Part shown: positions 56,190 to 64,000 of the stretch, in pieces | Layout of the letters: every line of letters starts with the position of its first letter | Position numbering within the stretch: position 1 is the stretch's first letter | From: a virus | Direction: 5' to 3' (one strand) | Virus record (IMG/VR): IMGVR_UViG_3300045988_159421 | Length of the DNA stretch: 64,000 nt | Program-made: the position numbers and the translations under genes | The notes under the pieces: generated by a model | Database searches by the model: none | Seen by the model: the letters and a program-made list of their open reading frames with translations, nothing else | What the model was told of the DNA's origin: nothing

Positions 56190-58205
56190 CTAATCCAACC
56201 ACCTTTCATTATAAATAATCGAACTTGTAATATTGGCATCACTAGATATTCTTAAATCAAAATCACCAGGAGGTATTTCGAAGAACTTACTTCCTATATC
56301 AACATGTTCCATATTTTTTACATTATTTATATAAACTTCATTATTGGCAAAATCAACTTTCAATTCGTCACCTTCTTTGAAAATTATTATATCTTGCTCT
56401 TCATCTTGATTAACTTCATTTAATTTAGTTATTACTAATCTATTAAATGTCATTGTATCAACAACATCTTTATCAGCATATTTTCCAAAGTAAACAACTA
56501 TATGATTTAAATCACCAACAGGAAATTTATCACTTTTTATAACTTCACTTGGTAAAGTTTTTTCAATTTCGCCTTCAGAATTATATTTTATTACCTCTGC
56601 ATACCATTCATTTTTTTCTCTTCTTATAGTAAAGTGACCTTTAAATTCATTCCAGTTACCATATTTACCACTTCTTAATGTTTTTGTACTCACAGTTAAA
56701 CTGTCATCTGAAACATTTGTAACCGTTGTCGTTTTAGCTTCAGGTACACTAAAATCTTTATCTTTTAAAAACTCTGTATTTCCAACTTGAACAAATGGAT
56801 ATGTAGCTTCATACCATTCGTTTTCATCGCATAACATAACCTTAAATAATTTGTTACCAGCTTGATCTAATCCGTAGCATTCGAGTAGACCAATTTTATC
56901 TTCTGCAGCATCAATTTCTTGGTCTGTATCAATTTGTACCTTATCTCCTTCAATAATATAATCTGTATAAATATAGCCATTTTTTCCTTGATATGTTGCT
57001 TTAGTCCATTTTCCTTTACTAGCTGTAATTTTAGGATATACAATAATAGCAGTACCTTTAGGTATTGTTGCTAGAAGTTTAGATTTTTTACTTCCAGATA
57101 CTCTTAGAGATGCTGCTTGTTTTGTATAATATGTTGCAGTTGTAGTTGTTATTTTACTTAAACCAGTTGATATTTTAACCCAGCCAGTTTTGTTGTTATA
57201 TGTAGTTTTTATCCAACCATTAGTAACTTCCTGTTCGTTTACTTTTAAAGGTGTTAAATATACACCTTTTTTAATACTTAATAAAGTTTTACTTTTAGAT
57301 AGTCTCTTTTCTTTTAATTTTACTGTTGTAGCAGTTACTTTATATTTAGTTGTTTTTGTTTTATCTGTAGAGCCAATTTCATTATATTTCAACTTACCTT
57401 TACTATCATGATAAAAATACATACTACATTCAAAATCAGTAACATTAGAAGGTAAATTATATCTAAGTGCAGGCCCATGCCAATTATCTCCGCTACCATA
57501 ATCAGATGCTTGTATGCACCAGCTAGTGCCACCGTCATTCGGTTGAATAGTACCAGTTATAGTTCTCTTTGCATCAACTTCACCTGTTACTGAAACAAAA
57601 TTTTCAGTAGTTTCACAAGGCTCATAAACAATAGTTGTACTTTCTTCTTGTTTCGGTTTGGTAAGTGAAGGATATTGACCAATTAGTATTGATTTTCCAT
57701 TTTGACCATCAATTTGACAGTATGTAGCATTTCCTTCAAAATCCACATTTATAATTGCTGGAGTACTTGTGTTTCCCTCGTTAGAAACCGATAAAGTTTT
57801 TTCGCCATTAAAAATTTTAGCTTCAGGATTGTGTGAAAAAGGTGTAGGACATATAAACGACATTTTTATTCTTCGCATACCTTTTGTGATTTTCTCTTTT
57901 GAAAATTTACCATCAGGGATAGCTAAATAAACTCTTCCATTATCATCTATAATTAGTTCTTTTTCTTCTGAAACATTAAATACAGATGATATTGTATCGA
58001 TAATACTTTTACAATCTTCTTCTGTATCAGCTTTTATATCAAAAGTAACAGTTATTTCTTTATAGTCATATTTGAAATCTTGATAATATCTACCAGATCG
58101 TGATGGAGGGTCTATAAAATCATTTTTTCTTTCTGACATAAGTGTTGTATCTATAGAAATTACATCTACAAACATTTCTAAATCGATGCCATCAAATTTA
58201 AACAC
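56190..58205 (-). CDS. Distal tail protein (Dit) with SH3b-like insertions
   Basis: N-terminal siphovirus tail-component pattern. Two SH3-like segments (GWIKTTYNNKTGWV, KWTKATYQGKNGYIY). Overlaps the tape measure stop. Confidence 0.6.
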   Translation of the reverse strand: MFKFDGIDLEMFVDVISIDTTLMSERKNDFIDPPSRSGRYYQDFKYDYKEITVTFDIKADTEEDCKSIIDTISSVFNVSEEKELIIDDNGRVYLAIPDGKFSKEKITKGMRRIKMSFICPTPFSHNPEAKIFNGEKTLSVSNEGNTSTPAIINVDFEGNATYCQIDGQNGKSILIGQYPSLTKPKQEESTTIVYEPCETTENFVSVTGEVDAKRTITGTIQPNDGGTSWCIQASDYGSGDNWHGPALRYNLPSNVTDFECSMYFYHDSKGKLKYNEIGSTDKTKTTKYKVTATTVKLKEKRLSKSKTLLSIKKGVYLTPLKVNEQEVTNGWIKTTYNNKTGWVKISTGLSKITTTTATYYTKQAASLRVSGSKKSKLLATIPKGTAIIVYPKITASKGKWTKATYQGKNGYIYTDYIIEGDKVQIDTDQEIDAAEDKIGLLECYGLDQAGNKLFKVMLCDENEWYEATYPFVQVGNTEFLKDKDFSVPEAKTTTVTNVSDDSLTVSTKTLRSGKYGNWNEFKGHFTIRREKNEWYAEVIKYNSEGEIEKTLPSEVIKSDKFPVGDLNHIVVYFGKYADKDVVDTMTFNRLVITKLNEVNQDEEQDIIIFKEGDELKVDFANNEVYINNVKNMEHVDIGSKFFEIPPGDFDLRISSDANITSSIIYNERWLD

Positions 58206-61200
58206 TTGTTATCCCCTCCAATCTATTTTTTCTTTTTTCAATCTTTTTATTTTTTTGTTGAACAGGTTGAGCTATTATATCAACAACTTTTGTTTTATCC
58301 ATACTAGCATCAACGTGAATAGGTCTATCTTTTATATCTCCTATAGTTTCTTTCAATGTTTCTCCTAGTGAATTAGCTATTTCTTTTACTGTGTTATTAC
58401 TCACACTATTTACAATTTTAAGATTACTATTACTACTGGCTTCTAATGAAAATTTAGTCGTTTCAGATTGAACAGCAATTTTCATTGCATTTTGCATTTC
58501 TGAAGTTATATCCCTAGCTACAGCATATACTTGTTCAGCTTTATTTTTCATACCAACAATTAAACCTTCGTCCATATATTCTCCATAATCAGTAGTAACT
58601 TTTGAAGGTGAATTTATTTTAGCAGTCTTTTTCATTTCTGCGTTAACTTGATTAACAAGACTTCTTGCCGCACTAACTGCTCTTGCTGTACCGCTTTGAA
58701 TACCTTGAGTAACACCGTTAGCCATTTGTTGACCGATTTCTCTTGATTGAGTTCTAGCAACATTTTTCATACTTATCATTTGTCTTGTAAAGTTATTTCT
58801 TGCTTCTCTTGATTGAGTAGTTATAACTCTTTTCATTGATATCATTTGAGATGTAACAGCATTTCTAGCAAGTGTAATCTGTGTTCTAGATACATTTCTA
58901 ATTGATATCATTTGAGATGTAAGTTTATTCCTAGCCTCTGAAACTTGAGTTGATATAACATTCTTCATACTTATCATTTGTGATGTAACAACATTTCTAG
59001 CATTTGTAATTTGATTACGTATTATATTACTAATAGATAGAAATTGGTTTCTTACTATATTAGACACATTTAAGCATTGATTTCTAGCTACGTTTGATAT
59101 ACTTACAAATTGATTTCTTGCTATATTTGCACATCCAACTAAACTCGTTCTTAAATTATTTTGTAATGATGTAAATGCTTGAGAAATTGAATTTGAAACA
59201 CTTTGTGCTGTTGTCTGTAAAGCTGTTAATTGTGTTTGTAATGCTTTTATTTCGTTAGCATCCATGCTAGAAAGTTTATTGTTTATTTTGTTACTATTGG
59301 AATCTTTGCTAGTATTAAGAGGCTTTTCATCACCAGTTTTTTCATCGGCATAAGATTCACCAGTAAACCATTTTTTTATTCTTTCTATAAAACCTTTATT
59401 GCTTTTATATAAGAAATTAGGCATTCCTAAAGAAGTACTAAAAAGGCTAAGAAAATCAAAATTATAATCAGAATTAGTAAGCCAACTTGTTATTGCTTGC
59501 CAAAGTTCAGATGCTCTACCAGTAAATCTATCAGTTAAATTTTCAATAAAACTATCAATAAAAATATCTGCAAAACTACCAGTTAAGGATTTTATTTCTT
59601 CGCTACCTTCTATCCATGTATTCATTACAGAAGCAACTGCCTCTAAAGCGTCATGTATATTGTCTGAATTGTTTTTTATTCCATCTCTTAAAGCATCTAA
59701 AATAACCTTACCAGCTTCTTCTATCTCTGGAGCAACATCTTTTACAAATTCTGAAATTTGTTTAATAGCACTTGAAATACCTTCTCTTATATCGCCTTTA
59801 CTATTTATAATTCCTTGACAAATTTGATGTATAATTTCTTTACCGATAGCTAATACTCTGCTTAATCCGCCTTGAGTTATAAAAGTATTAATTCCACTAA
59901 AAGCTTGTTGAATTGCTCCTGATATATCTGCATTTCTTATATATCCAAGCATATTGTCTAATGCTTTTTTAAAATTATCAAATGTATATAAAACTTGGCC
60001 ATCCTCTGTAGTGCCTTCTTTATTTCCACTTCTCCAAACACTGAAAAACTCAGCTAATTTTTCAGAAGTAGATTGAATAGCAGGTTTTAAAAATTCAAAT
60101 CCTTGTATAGCAACATCTTGTAAAGCAGATGATAAAATTAATAATTTATTTTTAGTTGTTTCATCCATAGCTTGTGCCATTTTTTCAGATAATCCAGTTA
60201 CTAAATTTAAATTATCACAATATAATTTGAATTGTTCATCAGATAAACCACATATTTCATTTATTTCATCTAGGGAATCAGATAAACCTAAGTTTGTTAA
60301 AATTTGTTCTCTAGTTGATTTATCCATATCTCCAAATTTTTCTCTTAATTGAGTTAAATTTGCAATTAAATCTATTTGGCCAGTAGAAGCACTTTTAGCA
60401 GACAGGCCATACTCTTTTAACACTTGATTAGCTTCCTTAAGTGACATATCTGGATTTAACTTATCTATTATTTCTTGTTTAGAAACAACATCTTTTAAAC
60501 CTTTAGCATTGTCTACTATTCCTTTTGTATTCTCATTGATCATGTCACAAGTAGCACTATAGTCAAAAGCGTCATCATTAATTTCTTTATAAGTTAGTCC
60601 CAGTTCTTTAAATTGCTTTTTCTGAGCATTTGTGGGATTTCTCATTGCATCTAATACACCAAACAAGTCTTCAACATTTTTTGATGTTACTTTTGCATCA
60701 GACCCTAATACTTGTAAAGCTAAAGCCATATCCTGTGTAGTCATGTTAAATGCAGCACCTAGATATTCTGTTTGACTTAAAACTTCTTTTAAGTTATTTA
60801 TTCTTTTACTACATTCTTTTCCAGTAACTCCTGCTTCTCCTAAATTTTGATTCCAATAAGACACTGTTTGAGTAGAGTTTTGTACACTATCAGTTAAACT
60901 ATCATATGCATCATCCGTAGCATTGACAATTGATAGTAAACCTGTCATACCCGTTTTCCCAGCTAAATCTTTACATGCAGCTGCTTGCTCAACTAAAGGT
61001 AATGATTTTAAACTACTTCTTAAATTTCTTAATGTTTTATCTAAGTCAACTGAACCATCTTTCGCAGTAATAAGTTCTATTCCGTATTTTTCCATGGCCT
61101 TTGCTACAGTATCGGTAGGTGCACTTAAATTTGCCAATAGTGTTCTCATTGCAGTACCTGCACGACTTCCCTTTATTGATGAATTCGCCATAAGGCCGAT

Positions 61201-61269
61201 AGCTACGGATAAATCATCCATAGAAACGCCCAATGTCCCAGCTACTGAACCGGCGTACTTCATTGTTTC
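58198..61269 (-). CDS. Tape measure protein, exon 3
   Basis: Begins ETMKYAGSVAGTLG... (conserved tape measure block). Repetitive helical C-terminus. The TTG start given in the ORF track is the intron end. Confidence 0.75.
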   Translation of the reverse strand, partial: ETMKYAGSVAGTLGVSMDDLSVAIGLMANSSIKGSRAGTAMRTLLANLSAPTDTVAKAMEKYGIELITAKDGSVDLDKTLRNLRSSLKSLPLVEQAAACKDLAGKTGMTGLLSIVNATDDAYDSLTDSVQNSTQTVSYWNQNLGEAGVTGKECSKRINNLKEVLSQTEYLGAAFNMTTQDMALALQVLGSDAKVTSKNVEDLFGVLDAMRNPTNAQKKQFKELGLTYKEINDDAFDYSATCDMINENTKGIVDNAKGLKDVVSKQEIIDKLNPDMSLKEANQVLKEYGLSAKSASTGQIDLIANLTQLREKFGDMDKSTREQILTNLGLSDSLDEINEICGLSDEQFKLYCDNLNLVTGLSEKMAQAMDETTKNKLLILSSALQDVAIQGFEFLKPAIQSTSEKLAEFFSVWRSGNKEGTTEDGQVLYTFDNFKKALDNMLGYIRNADISGAIQQAFSGINTFITQGGLSRVLAIGKEIIHQICQGIINSKGDIREGISSAIKQISEFVKDVAPEIEEAGKVILDALRDGIKNNSDNIHDALEAVASVMNTWIEGSEEIKSLTGSFADIFIDSFIENLTDRFTGRASELWQAITSWLTNSDYNFDFLSLFSTSLGMPNFLYKSNKGFIERIKKWFTGESYADEKTGDEKPLNTSKDSNSNKINNKLSSMDANEIKALQTQLTALQTTAQSVSNSISQAFTSLQNNLRTSLVGCANIARNQFVSISNVARNQCLNVSNIVRNQFLSISNIIRNQITNARNVVTSQMISMKNVISTQVSEARNKLTSQMISIRNVSRTQITLARNAVTSQMISMKRVITTQSREARNNFTRQMISMKNVARTQSREIGQQMANGVTQGIQSGTARAVSAARSLVNQVNAEMKKTAKINSPSKVTTDYGEYMDEGLIVGMKNKAEQVYAVARDITSEMQNAMKIAVQSETTKFSLEASSNSNLKIVNSVSNNTVKEIANSLGETLKETIGDIKDRPIHVDASMDKTKVVDIIAQPVQQKNKKIEKRKNRLEGITSV

Positions 61270-62540
61270 CAATTTTTGTGATTAACCATAGGCTCTTTAT
61301 CCTATGCTCTATATGTTTCCATATAGTTTAGACTATATCTTTCATTATTCAATTAAGAATAAATCACTCCTGTTCGTGGGTATTTTTCCATAAAAAAAGA
61401 ACCTACACAGGTTCTTTTTTCTTAGGTTACTTTACCTAGTCGTTACACCTTCTAGTAGTTTCCTAACTAGCTTGGCTCGGTATTGACATATTGACATATT
61501 ATTTCTTCAATTTTATTAAAATTATAATAAGGTATTCTTAATAGGCTTATATTTTTATTGCGACAATATGTTGTTTTTATATTATCCCTTTCTAGCGTTT
61601 CTTTATGTAATTTAAGGGCTTTTTTATCATTTATACCTCTAAATTGTATAGGTTTAAAGTGTTGTTCTCCGTCATATTCAATTAAAAAATCTATTTTATC
61701 ATCTTTTATAACAGCAAAATCAAAAGGTAATGGATATTTTTTTCCTCTACAATCTTTAAATCTATATTGTTTTTTAAATTGTAAATTTAATTTTTTTAAA
61801 ACCCTTTTGACTTCCCTCTCCCCTTTACTTTCTTTACAATGAGAACAACTACAACCTCTTAGAAGGCTTTTAGGGTATGCCATAAAAACTTGATTACATT
61901 CTGTATGTAATACTTCTATTAATGTATTTTTGTTTGTATAATCACCTATTACTATTAATTCTCCATCTGTTAACTCTAAAATTTCTTGTTTAAATTGTTC
62001 TTTTGTCTTTTTTATATTTCCACCAAAACATAATGGGCATCTACTTTTCTTGCTTATAAAATTATTTGGTGTGACTTCAAATTTATGCCCACAAACATTA
62101 TGTTTTATAATTACTTTTTTATTAGATTTTTCGTAATCTGTTAAAAGTGTATATTCTCCTTTTGCTAATTCATTAAATTCTTCAAGAAATTTTTCTTTTG
62201 GTTTTCGAGTTAATTCACTTATTTTTTTCTTAATACATACAGGGCAATGTTTCTTCCCATACAATACATCCATTGGATAAGAATAAAATTTCTTTCCGCA
62301 TTTATGTTTAAATAAAATTTTAGTTCTTTTATTTATGTATGGTTCTACATTTTCATATTCTCCATTATTATAATTTAATAATCTTTCTTTAAATTCTTCA
62401 TCAGTTAATCTTCTCACCAACTTAACACTCTCCTTTGAATTTATGGGGGAAACTGTTAAATATTATTATAAAGTTCTTAACTGATCTTGTCAACTTAGTG
62501 TTTCACCGAATTAAAGAGTTTTTACATGGGCAAAACGTCT
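61270..62540 (-). mobile_element. Group I intron 2 in the tape measure gene (carries a homing endonuclease ORF)
   Basis: The 5' exon ends in U, with P1 AUGGGU | ...GCCCAU. P7-type GACUAGG / GAUAUAGUC. Terminal G at 61270. Removal restores the frame as ELMG/ETMKY. Confidence 0.7.
61467..62420 (-). CDS. Intron-encoded endonuclease: zinc-ribbon repeats plus a PD-(D/E)XK (Vsr/DUF559-like) C-terminal domain
   Basis: Repeated H/CxC...CPxC modules. The C-terminus FDFAV...IEYDGEQH...K is typical of restriction-fold homing nucleases. Confidence 0.5.
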   Translation of the reverse strand: MVRRLTDEEFKERLLNYNNGEYENVEPYINKRTKILFKHKCGKKFYSYPMDVLYGKKHCPVCIKKKISELTRKPKEKFLEEFNELAKGEYTLLTDYEKSNKKVIIKHNVCGHKFEVTPNNFISKKSRCPLCFGGNIKKTKEQFKQEILELTDGELIVIGDYTNKNTLIEVLHTECNQVFMAYPKSLLRGCSCSHCKESKGEREVKRVLKKLNLQFKKQYRFKDCRGKKYPLPFDFAVIKDDKIDFLIEYDGEQHFKPIQFRGINDKKALKLHKETLERDNIKTTYCRNKNISLLRIPYYNFNKIEEIICQYVNTEPS

Positions 62541-62645
62541 ACCCATTAATTCAACAGTTGTATTACTACGAGTAATAGTTGCAGCCATATAATCGACGAA
62601 ATTTGATGCTTGAGATGCAGACATGTTCATTGCAGTTAAACCATC
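62541..62645 (-). CDS. Tape measure protein, exon 2 (35 codons)
   Basis: Encodes DGLTAMNMSASQASNFVDYMAATITRSNTTVELMG, which bridges the two larger tape measure ORFs in frame. Confidence 0.65.
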
Positions 62646-62939
62646 CATTATCTTATATCTAGGCTCTTTATCCTAGAACTCTTATTTTCATAAGAGGATG
62701 GGACTATATCATCACCTTCAACTTTACTTGTTAAGGTGTTCGGCGCTCGTGGGAGAAATTATTATTCGCCTATTCATTCTCCTAGTCTCTGAACCTTCCA
62801 TGTACTTTTATGGCTTTCCATGGCTTGGTTGCTGATTAGCATATTAATTATTAATTTGTAGTATCAATATTAACTTAGCCTTCCAGCAATTCACCGAATG
62901 TTTTTTGAATAGTATTTCTACTAAACCGACCAATTTTTT
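62646..62939 (-). mobile_element. Group I intron 1 in the tape measure gene (ORF-less, about 294 nt)
   Basis: The 5' exon ends GACU and pairs with GGUC 9 nt into the intron. Contains GGUUCAGAGACUAGG (J6/7-P7 consensus), GAUAUAGUCC (P7') and a terminal G. The 3' boundary could shift by 6 nt. Confidence 0.65.
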
Positions 62940-63599
62940 AGTCACGATATCACTGGCAGTGCCGAGTTCAGTGGCACCGATGGTAGTTAAATTTAAAACA
63001 TCTTGTATTGACGCAAGAGACTCTTGTAATGAAAATCCTGCCATACCCATATAGCTAAAAGCTTCACTCACCTGTACGCTGGTGTACCTAGTGGTAGCTC
63101 CGTATTGTCTTGTTGTTTCTGTTAAGACTTCAATATCTTTTCCAGTAACACCCATAATTGCTGACACACGAGCCATTGAACTTTCAAATTCAATAGCATC
63201 TGCCATTAAGGAACTGAAATCAAAATTAAAATCTGTAACTTGACTAAAACAATCTAAGATAGTACTTGTTGCATTTTGAACAATATCAACAATTGGTTGT
63301 AATTTTTCAGATATATTTTGCAAGTTTTCAAAGAAATTCTGTTTACTAGCATCATATAGCTTTGAAAAAGCAGTTACCATTGTAGTTACTGCTGCAACAA
63401 CTCCTGCTGCAACTGGTCCAACAATTCCACTTAAAGTTTTAAAAGTAGTTGAAAATGTATTTACTAGAGAACTCATTTCTCCAAAAACTTTGCCAACATC
63501 ACCTAAATCAGCAAAAGCATTTTTAAGTTCATTTAACTGACCTTCAAGTTTATCAGTTTCTAATGAAACTTCTATAACAACTTTTCCATCTGTTGCCAT
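62940..63599 (-). CDS. Tape measure protein, exon 1
   Basis: 220 codons ending ...GATELGTASDIVT. The tracked ORF then reads into the intron. Confidence 0.7.
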
Positions 63600-63654
63600 A
63601 CTCTCACCTCCTTTTAGGCATAAAAAAAGAACACCGAAGTGTTCTATAAATCAA

Positions 63655-64000
63655 TTAATCTATTAAATCATAATAAGATTCAGACTTTTTAAGATAAGTA
63701 TTATATTCATCTAAACAATGGCGATAACTTGTATCAAATTTATCTACTCTTTTACTTTGAAAATAAACATAATCGTTATATGCTTTCATAGATTTATTTA
63801 AATAATCAAAAGTTATAGCAAAATTATTTTGTTCATCTTTATAACTTTCTTTTAGATTAAGATTTCTTATTTCATTACTTAATCCTTTTGTATTATTAAA
63901 TATTTTTTTTGATATCTTCCCGCTTATACCACTGTTTATTAACTCTATACTATCATCATAAAGTTTATGATATTTTGAAAAAAGTTTTAATGTTTCACTA
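63655..64000 (-). CDS. Partial hypothetical protein (5' end outside the window)
   Basis: Open frame to the window edge, stop at 63655-63657, followed by the hairpin GAACAC-uucg-GUGUUC plus a U run. Confidence 0.4.
   Translation of the reverse strand, partial: SETLKLFSKYHKLYDDSIELINSGISGKISKKIFNNTKGLSNEIRNLNLKESYKDEQNNFAITFDYLNKSMKAYNDYVYFQSKRVDKFDTSYRHCLDEYNTYLKKSESYYDLID

Noticed and set aside
62844-62939. C-terminal 31 residues of the tracked ORF 62844-63599 (KKLVGLVEILFKKHSVNCWKAKLILILQINN), and the TTG start of ORF 58198-61272.
   Set aside because: Both are read-through into, or out of, group I intron sequence and are not tape measure coding sequence.

Overview
This is an AT-rich, Clostridium-like 64-kb segment. 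It reads as a temperate siphovirus-type phage-plasmid, with almost all genes on the minus strand. Layout from right to left:
- Late/tail module (63.6-46.8 kb): tape measure, Dit, tail-associated lysin, baseplate and fibre proteins.
- An odd P-loop ATPase plus two membrane proteins (46.4-43.5 kb).
- Lysis cassette (43.0-41.2 kb).
- ParM/ParR partition locus and a Rep gene with RHH and countertranscript copy control (41.0-38.0 kb).
- Lysogeny switch (32-33.4 kb).
- DnaD/DnaC/SSB replication and RecT/SbcC-like recombination genes (32-23 kb).
- Nucleotide metabolism genes thyX and dCMP deaminase (14.7-12.4 kb).
- A serine recombinase and a tRNA-Gln at the left edge.

The main findings are:
1. A plus-strand, array-less type IV-B-like Cas operon (csf1-cas11-csf2-cysH-like-csf3, 5.1-8.6 kb).
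2. A 19-20-bp motif repeated five times in one orientation. Each copy sits upstream of a -10 box, and the copies drive the tRNA, three tandem terminator-bounded small RNAs and the lysis operon.
3. A roughly 540-nt ORF-free, G+C-enriched, helix-rich intergenic region (2.2-2.76 kb) that looks like a large structured RNA.
4. An IscB nuclease with its upstream omega-RNA-like region.
5. A tape measure gene split by two homologous group I introns, one carrying a homing endonuclease.
6. An intein in ThyX.
7. A stand-alone NrdD-type glycyl-radical mini-protein at the head of the lysis operon.

All protein family calls come from motif reading by eye. No database search was run.
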